A DNA stretch of 64,000 nucleotides from Octopus sinensis (lineage: Eukaryota): positions 75,082,001-75,146,000 of the forward strand of contig NC_043004.1 in assembly GCF_006345805.1 (NCBI RefSeq). Direction: 5' to 3'. Positions 34,261 through 48,095 of this stretch are shown piece by piece. The translations under genes were made by a program, and so were the position numbers. The notes under the pieces are model-generated. The model worked only from the letters and a program-made list of their open reading frames with translations, ran no database searches and was not told the DNA's origin. Position 1 is the first letter of the stretch. Each line of letters opens with the position of its first letter.

Positions 34261-37182
34261 AATTATTACATTGAAGCTGACTGATTAAAGGCTAAATCTA
34301 TTTAATTGAAACCAGACAAGGAGAGGCATTGGACTAGGTCTCACAATACAATCTGGATGCTATCACATTATTGTAATTTCAATTCCCATACCAGGGGATG
34401 TGTTGCGTTCTTCATCAAAAGACTTCATTTCACATTGCTCTGCAACCTCCTCATCAACATCTAAACATGTGGCACATGGTGCACTGAAACAAACAATATC
34501 GATTTGATGACAGGAGTGAGCTAATGAACAACACAAACATTTGATCATTATTAACAAATTGTTTGTGCAGGCTGTTCAGTGAGAAGCTTTGATATCACCT
34601 TTCTCAGACTTGAGAGACAACAAACATCATTGCAACAGCTTCACAATGGAATTATTACTCCAAGACCATTATATCTTGTGATTTAATTCTTCATAAAATT
34701 TTAGATTTAAAGTTTAACCATTATTTCATATTGTTGAAAACTTCATGAAATTTCAAAACAAAGCTGCAAAGGAGAGAAAAAAATGTTGCCAGAAAATTAT
34801 GAGAAAAGCAAACCATTCTATCTGGCTTCAAAAAGAAGAGGACTTGTAGTGGTGCAGTAAGAATGAGTAGTGAGGATGATTGAAGCATCTGGCCCAGAGC
34901 TGCAACATTTGGCACAACAAAGCTTGTGTGTTTTTTGTCTGGGCAGCTCTGTTATTAGTGGTGAAAGGGGCTGGGGCCCCTACAGAATTGCTTCACTCTT
35001 AACGAAACTCCTGCATTTGAAGATGGAGTACAGCAGCACCTACAACACTAGTGTTTACCCTAAACTACAATTTAATGAAATTTTAGGTTTAAAGTTTATC
35101 CCTATAAGACTCCAGATACATAGTGTACCTAAAAAGGGCAAGGGTATGATCTCCCCAGCTGGTCTTTCTTGGAGTAGAGGGTAGCAAACTTAAGAACCAC
35201 TCTCGGTGGCACAAACTCCAGTCACACCACTACGGATGATAATTGTGGATACTAAAATGGTTTGAAACCAAATTAACATTCATTGGTTCGTTAAAAAACC
35301 ATTGAGATATCTCTGAAGATTTGTGGCACCGAATAGAACGTGTGAGATTTTGAGACTGCACCAGCATGGCCAGTTTACATGTGTGTGTTTGCTGTAGCTA
35401 TATTTAAGGTATGCTCTGTGTAAAAAAGTGATTACTCTGTCAGTTCTGATGACAAGTGTTCCAGTTAATCAATGGAACAGCCTGTGCATGGAACAGCATG
35501 CACAGTTAGTCAATGGAACAGCCTACTCATGAAATGAATGTGCAAGTAGCTGAGCAGTAAACAAAAGCCGTACTCATTATGGCGTTTGTTTCCAGGACTC
35601 CTTGTTAACATGTCTGGGTGGTTTGTTGTTCCATAGACTGGGAGATTACTACTTCATTTGAAAACAGATTAGGGTTGGCAACAGGAAAAGCATTCAACCA
35701 TAGAATAAATTGCCCCAACATATTCTTGTCTGACTTACACAAGCATTGCATAATAATAATAATAATAAATGAATGTCACCATTATGCAACTGGTATCCTT
35801 TGTTTCTGGTCTATTGTAAAAAACATGGGGAAATATTATCATACTTGGAAATAAATGAAGGTTGATGACAGGAAGGGCATCTGACCTTAGGAAATCCACC
35901 TCAACAAATTCTGTCATTTTACCAAATAATTTTGATATTTTGAGATATTCTATATTTTATAGATTGCAAATTATTTCACTATCCAGACATTGTTAACAGG
36001 GCAAGAACTGGGAGAGGATATAAAAGGTGGTCTTCTGGAATGAAGGGGAGAGAGTTTCTTGCTGTGAGGTTCCCCATAGTACATAAGAATTTGGATATTG
36101 ATATGCAACTTTCATTGTGGTATTCCTTAAACTGTGGAGGCACTTGGCTTAGTGGTTAGGGTGCCAGAATCATGATTGTAAGATTGTGGTTTCGATTCCT
36201 GTACCAGGCGACACATTGTGTTTTTGAGCAAAACACTTCATTTCATATTGCTCCTGTCCACTCAGCTGGCAAAAACGAGTAATGTTGCGATGGACTGGCG
36301 TCCCATCCAGCTGGGGAACACATACACCATTGAAACCGGGAAACCGGGCCCATGAGCCTGGCTAGGCTTTAAAAGGGCGCATTTATTATTTTTTTTATTC
36401 CTTAATCTATGGACTATATTCCCAGGATGGTAGCCAAGAAAGCCACTGCTCTTTGATGTGAATCCAATCTCACTAATGAAGAAGATAATCGTTAATGTTC
36501 GTTTCAATCGTTAATGTTTGTTTTGCTTCTTTGTATCTGATAAGAATTCCTGAAATTCTATTTTACACTAAATATTAACCATCAAAGCTCTGAAACAGTT
36601 AAACATTAACCATTCTAACACAGGTCTGCCATTGAACTCATTGAGCTGTAGAAATTGCAAAGAGCTTTACAATTTACAGGTGAAGATGCATGGCTCAGTG
36701 GTTAGAGTGTTAGGCTAACAATGATGAGGCAATGAGTTCTATTCCTGGACTGGGCTGTGTGTTGTACTCTTGAGCAAGAAACTTTATTTCATGCTGCTCC
36801 AGTTTACTCAGCTGTAGAAATGAGTTGTGACGTCACTGGTGCCAAACTGTATCAGCCTTTACTTTGGAGGTGCATAGCTTAGTGGTTAGGGTGTTGGACT
36901 CATGATTGTAAGATTGTGGTTTCAATTCCTCAACTGGGTTACACATGTTCTTGAGCAAAACACTTCATTTCACATTGCTCCAGTCCACTCAGCAGGCAAA
37001 AATGAGTTAATTCTGTGATGGACTGGCATCCCATCCAGGTGGGGAATATATACACCATTAAAACCAGGAAACCGGCCTTCATGAGCCTGGCATGGCTTGA
37101 GAAGGAAATATTGATTTTTTTCGACAATCTGTGTCACTTCTTAGATCGACATAGAAATATAAAAATGTGCTTCTTTACTTAC

Positions 37183-37281
37183 AGTTAGTTGGTTCGTCTT
37201 CCCCAGTTGAACAATCTTCAGCACCATCACAATACCAATGAGAAGGAATACAGCGATTGGCTTGCAGGCATCGGAAATGGC
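37183..37281 (-). CDS. LRP2: LRP2-like exon, LDL-A repeat 5 ([32 protein letters not shown])
   Basis: ctttcag/gtaag, 99 nt, phase 1-1. Confidence 0.93.
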
Positions 37282-37683
37282 CTGAAAGAAAAACCAGGCA
37301 CAGAGTCATTACTCAATTCTCAAACGTTTTAAGTGTTTTTACGCACATTTGCAATTATATTTGAGGTAAAAATTAATTGCTAGTGTGCAATCAGCCATAC
37401 CTGTAATTATATTCAGCAATTAATATTACACATTGGGAAGGGTAGTGAGTTGGCAGAATCGTTAGCATGCCAGGCTGGATACTTTGCAGCGTTCTGTCCA
37501 TCCTTACATTTTGAGTTTTAATTCTGCTGAGGTTGACTTTGCCTGTCATCCCTTATAGGGTTGATAAAATAAGTACCAGTTAAATACTGGGGTTAATGTA
37601 ATTGACTTATCCCACTCCCCATAAATTGCTGGCCTTGTGACAAAATTTGAAATTAGTTTTACACATTGTGAAAATGGCAAGCT

Positions 37684-38280
37684 GGCAGAATCATTAACAC
37701 ATCAGACAAAATGCTGCAAAACATTTCGTTTGTCCATACATTCTGAGTTCTAATTCTGCCGAGGTCGACTTTGCCTTTCATCAATTTCAGGGTCGATGAA
37801 TTAAGTACCAGTTGTGTACTGGAGTCGATCTAATCGATTGGCCCCTTCCCCCAAAATTTCAGGCCTTGTGCCAAAATAGAAAGGCAGAATCATTAACACA
37901 TCAGACAAAATACTTTGCAACATCTTGTCTGTCCTTAAATTCTGAGTTCTAATTCTGCCGAGGTCGACTTTGCCTTTCATCAATTTCAGGGTCGATGAAT
38001 TAAGTACCAGTTGTGTACTGGAGTCGATCTAATCGATTGGCCCCTTCCCCCAAAATTTCAGGCCTTGTGCCAAAATAGAAAGGCAGAATCATTAACACAT
38101 CAGACAAAATACTTTGCAACATTTTGTCTGTCCTTACATTCTGAGTTCTAATTCTGCCGAGGTTGACTTTGCCTTTTATCACTTTTGGGGGTCAATAAAA
38201 TAAGTACCAGTTGAAAAACTGGAGTCAATGTAACTGATTTACCCCCACCCCCCGAAATTGCTGGCCTTGTACCAAAATCT
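37684..38280 (+). repeat. Tandem triplication (199-bp period) of a Meta-domain-like SINE
   Basis: Near-identical ORFs 37801-37983 and 38000-38182 offset by 199 bp; core gccgaggtcgactttgcctttcatc...aagtaccagtt, a family with dozens of copies in the window. Confidence 0.85.
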
Positions 38281-38320
38281 TATAAACCTTGTGAAAATGC
38301 TTGAAGAATTCTTTACAAAC

Positions 38321-38467
38321 CTGTACAGTTTGCAGCTTTGCAAAACATTGCGTTCTCATCCGAGTTGTCCCCGCAGTCATCATCTCCATCACACAGCAGA
38401 TTTATTCTGACACAAATATTAGAGTTTGGGCATTTCACTTTATTCTCTGGACACGTCATGTTGTTGG
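38321..38467 (-). CDS. LRP2: LRP2-like exon, LDL-A repeat 4 and start of 5 ([47 protein letters not shown])
   Basis: ttccag/gtttgt, 147 nt, phase 1-1. Confidence 0.93.
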
Positions 38468-39759
38468 CTGGAAGGAAGAATATTTCGGAATATTAATCAT
38501 CCCAATAATTGCTATCATTTAAGACTGATTTTGATGCCAAATTAATCTAACTCACCACCAACGTAATCAGAGTTGGGTGCTTTTTATATTGGAAATAGCC
38601 CCTTAACAAAATGGTATCTTTGGGCCCTTTTTGTCAAAAGCTATTTGTGAGTTTTCCCTTTTTGTATTTGGTTTGTAAGAATCCTGATTTGAACTCATGT
38701 CTTGAAATATAATTATTGGTAACGTAAGTGGTCTTAATTCCAAAAAGGAATATTTATCCACACTTAAAAGTGAATATTGTGTTACAAGACAGAATTCTGC
38801 CTTTTTACCATGAAAGAATCTCTCGTAAGGGACTTGGGGTGCATATAAGCACTCGTGTTTATATTGCTAGCAGGAGATAATCATTTGCAGCACACACACA
38901 CACACACACACAGACACATGCATTCATGTGTGTGCACACCTACACACATGCTCTCTCTTTCTCCCTCTCTCACATACATTCCCACTTCATCGATATAAAT
39001 ATAAATATGAAACCTGGAAACCAAGGGACAGGCGGACATGAAGCAGACTTAGATCAGAGAGGGAATGTCATTGATGACAATTCAACACCAATAAGAGTTC
39101 AGAAAAGATGGCTGAGAGTTGAGAACTGAGGAAAAGTCATGGATGGTCTCTGCCCCATGAGGAATGAGGATTTGGGTTTTAAGTGATTTGTTCAGGTCCC
39201 TTAACTGAGAGAATATGACTTCAACCAATCAAGAGATAACATGAGCAAGAAATTCAGTCTACATCGAGTTTTTAAACTGAGGCAATGAAATGAGTGAGAT
39301 ACATCCAGGAATGAAGCAAATATCGGTAATTCTGTAGAATAAGAATTGTGGCTAGAGACATTTTAGTGTTGTTATTGCTGTTGCCGTTTACTGAATAAAC
39401 ATCTGCATCACAGATCCAATAATTAGAAAATGAGAAAGGTCAGTTGCCAAGATACTTTAACCCTTTGTTACCATGTTTCTCTTGGAATGCTCTGTCTTTG
39501 TTTTAATTAATTTTGAAAATAACGAAGAATATAACGAAGCAACTTTATAATTAGTAATTTGGTGTTTGGAACAAAAATTAACTTCAAATTCTCTTGGAAG
39601 ATTTTAATTTAGATCTCCTTAAAACAGGAAGTTTACACCATAGAACCATTTTTAAAGTTCTTTGGTTTTATGGATGCACCTCTCAGATATGTACCTGATA
39701 AAATTTCCCTCCTAAAGACGCCAGACAGGTAAAGTTGCTATAAGCAATTAAATACTTAC

Positions 39760-39882
39760 GGCAGTTCTTTTCATCAGTCTGCTCTCCATCCCGACATTGG
39801 TCATAGCCATCACAAACCTGTGCAGCATCGATGCAACGGGAATTCTTGCAGGTAAACTGTGCTGGGCCACAAGTTGAGGCAT
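39760..39882 (-). CDS. LRP2: LRP2-like exon, LDL-A repeat 3 ([39 protein letters not shown])
   Basis: tttccag/gtaag, 123 nt, phase 1-1. Confidence 0.95.
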
Positions 39883-40069
39883 CTGGAAATGAATGATGAA
39901 ATATTCATTTAAAAACACAAAATAAAATAAACAGTTAAATATTAAAAAAAGAGTTAATTGTGAAAAAAACTATGTTTGAAAAAATTCATTCCTTACATTA
40001 GGGTTGTACAAATATGGTCAAAGCAAAATATTAGCTTTTTCATATTAAATATTGGTTGTCTATAAGATG

Positions 40070-40635
40070 TGTAAGAATTAACACTTCCTTCTCTAAGCCT
40101 AGATTCGAAACTGAATCCAAGAATTCTCGGTTGTCCAAACCACGACGATCAACAGGCGTGAAAAAAGGTTTTCTTTGTCCTGTCAAAATTTGATTGATCA
40201 TCTCCCTTTAACCTGCAACCTCAGCATGTCAGGCGAAGTTCAACTGGACAAGGGCTGACCTATTTAAGTACAAACTCTGCTGCAGTATGTCTGTCTTTCT
40301 AGCTGCCACTGTTTGTTATAAATACAGACGCATACAACACTGAGCAGACAGGTGGGAGCAGACAGACGAGATAGATCTATCTACGACCCAAGGTTTTGGC
40401 AGACCGCAGAGACAGAGAGAAATGTTTGAAGTGCCAATAGACTACTGTTTCGAATGACACACGCACACACGCAAACATATTCATTCCTAATATGTACTCT
40501 GTATTTCTAGTAACTCGTAGCAGTTGCCTACATTTTGTATGTAGTGTACCTCTAACAAATCAAGCCCTGTAAATAAATTCCTTTCAATCATGAATCGGTT
40601 TACGTATTTGTTTACATACACACTTAACCACTACA
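40070..40635 (+). mobile_element. Solo LTR (probably Ty3/Gypsy)
   Basis: TGTA...TACA termini, 4-bp target duplication GATG (40066-40069 and 40636-40639), internal TATA-like motif (about 40316) and AATAAA (about 40572). Confidence 0.75.
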
Positions 40636-42413
40636 GATGCTTTTATGTCCTATGGCATTGTATGATGCAGTTAAACTTGACTGGTTTGGTCATGCAATGT
40701 GCAAGGAACGAAGGAGGGGAGTTGCATAACGAAGAGCTGATTGTTAAATGTGGACTTAATTTGGAGATCCAAGAAGACATGGAACGAAGCAGCAAAGTCA
40801 TATTGTTAGGCCTCATAGGAAAGGACGGAGATGAATTGGGATTTTGTCATGCTCAAGAAAACCTACCAATGTCAGTAAAAATAAGGTGCTGAAAGCATGT
40901 CATTAGTATTTATTCCTGTACACCCAAACTGTACCTGTCAAGCCTTCTCAGAAAATCATTTTTGTAAGACCCACCCCGCTAACCACAGTACTATTACTCA
41001 GCTGATGTAGTTATATGAAAGAAGAACTGCACTTATTCCTTCCCTATTCTTGTACTTTGAGTACCCCTCTCTTCTTGTAACCACTTCTATTGCCACCCTG
41101 CCAGTATTCTCCACACCAACCACTGAATGCTAGTTCTCCTTGAGCACCCTCTCATATCTGTCACTGATTTCACTTTTATTTACTCACAATATCCATCCCT
41201 ATGTACCTCTGACTCCTGTCTCTGTCACTGTGCATTTTTTCTCTCTGCCACTCTTCAGCTCATTTCCCTCTATTTCGTATATGTATGCTTTTATTATGCT
41301 GTTGCTCTCCATCTTCTTTTCTATGTATGTTTTATCTCCTATCTTCTCCTCCTCCTCCTCCACAAATCACTCCTATTTACCTTAAATTTCCTCTTTTCCC
41401 TTCTGTCTTCATCTCTACTCTCTGTTACTCTCCTTTCACATTCTCATAGACCTAACTATCCACCCAGCTATCCTCGATTCTCCTCCTCTAGTCTCTCTCT
41501 ATTCACCTCAAGCTTACACCCTGATACTGCTTTTTCACGATCCTTTCTCCCTTTTCTACTGGGAAGCCATGTGTTTGCTCGACAGTAAGACAGTTGTTCC
41601 TGTCCTTTTATTATATTTCAACCTCTTATCATCTGGCTCAAAGCCACCCCTCCCAGTTCTGTAATCCTTTTCTGTCAAGGGGTTCTTGTCTATGAAATTA
41701 TCTGGTGATTTCACTAGTGCTGGAGCCATGGAAAAAACATGCAGTACCCCTATAAAAAAAACGTGCAGTACCCCTATAAAGAAGAACCCCTATAAAAAAA
41801 AACATGCAGTACCCCTTTAAAGAAGCTAACGTTAAGGATGGCTTTCAGTTATGGAAGTCTTGCCAAAGGAGACATTAGACCCAACACGGTCCTGTAGGGG
41901 TTGGATCCTGTCAAAGCACCCGATCCATACTAGCATGAAAAACAGAAGTTAAATGGTGACGATGATGGTAATGTGTGTATGCATGTGTGCGTGTGTATGC
42001 ACATGCATGGGTATGTATGCGTGTGTGCATGTGTGTGTATGCACATGCATGGGTGTAAATGTGTGTGCATGTATGTGTGCATGCTTGTGCTTCTTTGCCT
42101 TGATGTCGTACAATTGCTGTAAAACAAACATCATCATCATCCAAGCAACATCCTTTATTTTCGGTCTTCCATGGAAACATGCCTGGCAATGGCTTAAAGT
42201 TCTTCTGCTTGGAAACAGGTGAGTGTTGGTGACAGGAAAGGCATCCAGGATGTAGACAATCTGCTTCAACAGATTCCTTCTGATCCAGACAAGCATGGAA
42301 AAAAAGTGGATATGAAATGATGATATTGATGGTTGTTGTTGATGATGATGATGATATTGACAATGATGACAACGATGATGAGGATGATGATGAATGATAG
42401 AGGTCAATCTTAC

Positions 42414-42530
42414 CACAACCAATTTCATCTGAGTTGTCACGACAATCATCATCAAAATCACAACGAAACAGATGATTGATACAGCGTCCATTGTTGCATC
42501 TGTACTGAGTCTTCTCACAAGTGTGGGTCG
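42414..42530 (-). CDS. LRP2: LRP2-like exon, LDL-A repeat 2 ([38 protein letters not shown])
   Basis: 6-Cys/DxSDE motif, ccag/gtaag, 117 nt, phase 1-1. Confidence 0.95.
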
Positions 42531-43622
42531 CTGGTGGAGAGGAGGATGAGAAATATTAGTTCTCAGTGGTAATCGTACGACATAAAATGAGAATAATGTG
42601 ACATGTAAATGGATTTAATAAAGCAAAAATTTCTGAACTTGGTGAAGTTATAAATGCAATGATGAAAGAAGTTTGTTTTAATTAATTAATTTAATTCATG
42701 TTATAAAATACATTATACAAAAATAAGAAACAATTAAGAATGAATACACACATTATTGTGAAGACATGTAGCATTATTGTGAAGACATGTAGCCTAGTGG
42801 TCACAGTGTTGCATTCACAAGTGCAAGATTGTAGTTTCGATTCCTAGATTGGGCAGTATGTTGGGTTCTTGAGCAATATACTTCATTTTATGTTTGTCCA
42901 GTTCACTCAGCTATAAATGAGTAATGCTGTGATAGACTGGCGTCCCATCCAGGGGAAATGTTGTGATCTCAGTCACTTGTAAACCATGGAAATGGGATAA
43001 CCACCCCTATGAATCCCAGGACTTTACTTTGATTCTCTCTGTTTTGTGTGCTTGTGTCATTTTAATATCAGTTTAGAAAACCTCAACATGCATAAAAAAT
43101 ATATTGTTTGCTGAATTCTAGAAATAGGGACAATTGTTTTGTCTAGTTTCAGAGTTTTGGGCAGTGTTTCTGACAGAGGAGACACATTCCTGCTGAGACA
43201 TAGGTGTCTCAGAGTCTGTTATGTCACTGAAACATTTGTGTTGTGAACACATGTTGTCTAAAAGAAGTTGTTTACTAAAATTAAAACCTATCAGTAGAAA
43301 GCTTATTCACATCCAAATGTGCCTGGGAAGACACATTCATGCTGAAACAAAGGTGTCTTAGAGTCTGCTATGTCACTGAAGCATTTGTGTTGTTAAGACA
43401 CACATTGTCTAGGAGGAGACATTCTCTAAAGTTAAATGCTATTGGTAGAAAGCTTATTCACATCCAAATCTTCCAGAACACAATAAGAATGGATATTTAA
43501 ATCAACGATTTAATTCTTACCATTCCATGCATTCATTTGTTTTTAACAATTTTATTCTAAATAAGGCTTGACACCACTGTAGTATAAGGGATTACAAAGA
43601 GGTAGAAATAAAAGGTGGCCTA

Positions 43623-43900
43623 CTAATTCATAAGATGTTGGTTAACAGACAGCTTAAAAAAATGGATATCATAGTCCAGAAGAAAATAAGATAATTGTGG
43701 TGAGTTCCAGAGAGTAGCAGTTTGAGCAAAGAAGCTGTTAGAATAAAGTGACTTATGACTAATAGGAAGATCAACAGAGTAACAATACATCTGTGAAGAG
43801 GAAGCTGTGATATGCTTAAAAGTCTTGTCTAAACCAGAAAGTTCATCAGAGCAATGACTGTAGAAAATGCTCATAGAGAAGACACAATGAAGATGTATTT
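43623..43900 (-). mobile_element. Jockey/CR1-like LINE ORF2 C-terminal remnant
   Basis: FYSHCSDELSGL...YSNSFFAQTATLWNSP...FKLSVNQHL resembles the SFFxRTxxLWNxLP C-terminal motif. Confidence 0.65.
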
Positions 43901-43979
43901 CAAAAATGAGATGAAGGTTCTAACTTGGCAGAAAGACATGGTTTTATAACAATTAATTCATGAACAGAAAAAAATGTTG

Positions 43980-44330
43980 TAAAAGAATTTTAATTAAGAA
44001 ACAAAAAAAAGGAAAAAGAAATAGCAAATAAGAAAGAGAAAAGAACAAAAGAGAATATAAAGAGAAGAAAGAATGAAAGGAAACAAAAGAAAAAAGGAAA
44101 AGGAAAAAGAAAAAAAAGGGAAAGAGAAGAAAGGAAAAGATAAGTGAAGAGTAGAAAAAGGGAAAGAGAAAAGGAAAAAGGAAAGTAAAAGGAAGAAAAA
44201 GGAAAAGAGAAGAGGAAACTGGAAAGTGAAGGGAAGAAAAAGAGAAGAGAAAAAAGAGAAGAAAGAATGATAAAAAGTTAAAAGAAAAAAGGAAGTAAAA
44301 CAGAAAGAAAGTAAGAAAAAAATAATAGGC
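43980..44330. repeat. Low-complexity purine (A/G) tract
   Basis: About 350 bp almost entirely A and G. Confidence 0.9.
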
Positions 44331-45265
44331 TTAGACATGGCTGTGTGGTTAAAAAGTTTTAGGTTCAATCCAAATGCAGGGTACCTTAGTTGTTACCTAC
44401 TCAGGCGGGCCAGTATCTAGCGTGTGAAATTAGTTGATGAAAATGTACAGAAGTTCGTTGTATATATTTATAAATATATCTACTGATTTGGATCTTGCCA
44501 ATTATAGTTATTAGCTTGATAACCTCCGGTATGTGATTGGCTTGTAGTGTACACCATAGGGATATTAATGAATTAATATTCCCATTCTATCATTCAGTCG
44601 CAAAATTAATTAACATAATCACAATTAATTAACATAATCACAATTATTTAATGATATCAAGTATTTTGTAACTTCATTCTTTGTAGCAATGCTATCTCCA
44701 CATGTCACATGGTGAAGATGAATGGGTGATGACTGTTCAGTACATGCTACATATGTTTCAATAGCATAGCAATTTATATGTAATATGTGTATTACATAAA
44801 ACAAATCATGAGTTTTTGAAATACACCTCTGGAAAAAAAATTTACCATGTTGTCAAATCGTTTGTAATGTGAATTGCACTGTCGTTGTCCATCCATCTTC
44901 ATTTATTATATTTGTAAATATATGTTTGTGTTTATGTGCCTATGTATATGTGTGTATGTATGTGTGCATATGTATGTGTTTGTATGTATGTGTGTATTTG
45001 TGTGTGTGTGCTAGGCCTCTCTCTCTCTCTGCTTTTACATTAACAATAAAAAGCTCTTCTTTGTAAATGTACTCAATGTTAGAAGTTTGATAAACAGATA
45101 TTGACAAAATAGATATCAGATTTTGAAATGATTTCTGGGGGTCTATATGATTGACTAAAACGCTTCAAGGTGTTGCCCCAGCATGGCCACTGCCCATTGA
45201 CTAAAACAATAAAATAACAAAAAGGATGGCGACAATGACCCTAAATAAAATAATGAAATACTGAC

Positions 45266-45520
45266 CACACAAGTTGCTGTTTTCATCCGAACCATCCCTG
45301 CAGTCATCGTCCTCGTCACACACCCAACTTTTGAAAATGCACTTTCCATTTGAACAAATGAATTCCGTGTCTGAACAGTTGTGGTTCTCGGGGACACAGG
45401 CTTTGTATTTACTCACTACTTGGGAAGTCCCATTACATGAGCATTCAGCTTCTCCATTGGGTGCAGGGTGACATCCCTGGCTGCAACCTCCATTGAATTT
45501 TTGACAAGGATCACGCTTAC
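45266..45520 (-). CDS. LRP2: LRP2-like exon, EGF + LDL-A repeat 1
   Basis: [14 protein letters not shown]...[13 protein letters not shown]; ctcag/gtcag, 255 nt, phase 1-1. Confidence 0.95.
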
Positions 45521-46302
45521 CTGAGAAGAAAAGGTCAACTTTAGGGAACTTGAGAAAGATATCGAAATAGAAATACTTATGATGGTGGTTTAAGACAAAA
45601 GACAGAAGCATTATGACTAATGGTGGCCCATCATCATCTGAATTGTTTAATGTTTGTTTTCCATGCTGGCATGGGTTGGACGGTTTGAGAGGAGCTGGCA
45701 AGGCTGGAGAGCTGCACCAGGCCCCATTGTCTGTTTCAGCATGGTTTCTACAGCTGGGTGAGATTCAGCATGACACAAATTATGACAAAGCTGGCCCCTT
45801 TTGAATTACAGGTACAGCTCTTCTTCACCAGCTGGAGCAACATGGAATAAAGTGTCTTGCTCAAGGATACAGTGCACCACGGGGAATTGAACTTGTGATC
45901 TTACAATCATGAGCCGAACTGCTTAACCACTAAAATAGTCAATAAACAAATGTACAAGGTGGAAGCATAGCTGGGTGGTTAAGAGGCTTACTTTGCAACC
46001 ATGTGGTTTTCAGTTCAGTCCCAACACCTAGAGCTCCACGAGGCTCCAGCAGGGGGTGTTGGCGACTCCTGTTGTACTCTTTCGCCAGCCCCAACTTTCT
46101 CTCATTATTCTTCCTGTTTCTTGAGTAACACTGTGATGGACTGGCGTCCCGTCCACCTGAGTGGAACACATACGCCACAGAATCCGAGAAAATAGGTCCA
46201 TGAGCCTGGCTAGGCTTGAAAAGGGCACATAAATAAAAAAAAAATATTTTAGGTCCTAAAATTTGATAAAAGAGGAGAAAATGAAAATAATAATTAACTC
46301 AC

Positions 46303-46413
46303 AGCTTTGTAAATCGGCAGAAAAAACGACAATATCTGCTGGAGAGGACGTGAGGAATTTTGTCATTCTTATGGAATTGGCTCCAGTGTGTTTCTCAGCA
46401 CGATACACCAGCT
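46303..46413 (-). CDS. LRP2: LRP2-like exon, end of propeller ([16 protein letters not shown]...[11 protein letters not shown])
   Basis: YRAEKxTG motif; aag acceptor after a polypyrimidine tract, gtgag donor; 111 nt, phase 1-1. Confidence 0.85.
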
Positions 46414-47260
46414 CTTTATTTAGCAAAAGGAAAGAAAACAAATGGGAAAATGTTTTACTCTTATTTCTGTGAGTGCAGTAGACATATTAAGCGATTTTCT
46501 CAACTTTGGAAGAAAATAAAATCATAAGGTTACAAAAAAAAATATAAAAGTATCAAGCAGATCATGTGGCATTCTCTCTCTCTAAAAAATGGTAAGGGGG
46601 TAAAGACCCCCTTCAGTCATGTATGACCATGGGATTGCACCTAGAGAGTTACTGTCTGAGGCACAAGTCCGGGCAAAGTTGTTTTATATAAGACCAGCAG
46701 TAGCCATGCATATCAGCCTCCCCTCTCCATGCCACTGATGCTATCCAGGGCAAAGGTAAAGAGGCTTTATCTTTGCAACTCATTTCTACAGCTGAGTGAA
46801 CTGGAGCAATGTGAAATAAAGTGCCTTGCTCAAGAACACAACACACAGCCTGATCTGAGAATCGAACTCACTACCTCATGATTGTGAGCCTGACACTCTA
46901 AACACTAAGCCATGTGCCTTCTGTGTGTGTATACATATATTGAATCTTCCCATAAATAATGTGCTTTTTTTCAATTCATGAACTAAATGTCGGAGAGGGA
47001 CGGGATAAACTACCTGAATCAACTTGCTAGAAAAGCAGGTAGTAATTTTACTTTGTACTTATTCTTAGTGCAGGTTTTGAACAGTGCAGCTCGATTTTAA
47101 CAGTTACTTTTTCAAAGCTATGATGGAAGTGACAAAGGAGCAGGGAAGGTGGCAAAGTCAAGGTGAAGTCAAAGGTGGTGTCATCAGAAGTCTGAATGGT
47201 GTGTGCATGGCAGATGTGGTGGCGTTGGTGGTGGTGCTGGTGATGTTGAAAACAATCAAT

Positions 47261-47308
<48 letters not shown>

Positions 47309-47649
47309 AGAGAGAGAGATAGAATGAGAGAGAGAGAGAATGATAGAGAGAGAGATAGAATGAGAGAGATAGATAGAATGAGAGAGAGAGAGAGAGAGGG
47401 AGAGAGAGAGTGAGAAAGAAAGAAGTTAAACCGAAAAAAATTGTACTGACCCCTGAATGGGAAAACAAAAAAATGTGTTTATCATAAAGCATTGCAGTAA
47501 ATTCCAAGTCGACATATTAATCATTGTTTTGATGAAAATTGTTCTTTCCTTAAAAAATATTGGTCAAGTTAAATAAAATTTAATATGCACTCAATGCCTG
47601 AAGTGTCATTGCTGGCCCAAGGTTTAATGAAGAGACCTCCACAGGATAG

Positions 47650-48095
47650 GAATTCAAGACAGAATGCCCCTGGGAGCTTCTCTATGCTGATGACATTGCT
47701 CTAATAGCTGAGTCACTATCAGAACTAGAGGAGAAGTTTCAGGTGTGGAAGCAAGGACTAGAATCGAAAGACCTTAGAGTCAACCGAGCAAAATCCAAAG
47801 TAGGAAGGCAGACAAATCACAAATCCCTTCAGGTAGATGACCCTGCTTGATCTGTAGAAAAGGTATAGGTAGAAACTCCATAAGATGTACCCAGTGTAAA
47901 CTATGGACACATAAGAGGTGCAACAATATCAAAGAAAAGCTAACTGGGAAGATAGTTTTTGTATGTTGCAGATGCTCAGGAGCAATAAACACTGAAAATG
48001 GACAGAGAACAGCTTCCATCACATTCCAGGGGGAAAAACTAAAAGCAGTTGATAGCTTCCATTACCTAGGAGACCAAGTCAGTTGCGGGGGCGGT
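47650..48095 (+). mobile_element. RTE LINE fragment (YADD to PHD-like finger)
   Basis: PWELLYADDIALIAESL...CRKGIGRNSIRCTQCKLWTHKRC. Confidence 0.88.

Noticed and set aside
34430-34760. Possible mariner transposase N-terminal remnant on the minus strand
   Set aside because: Too degraded to support; only a vague resemblance and no matching TIR pair identified.
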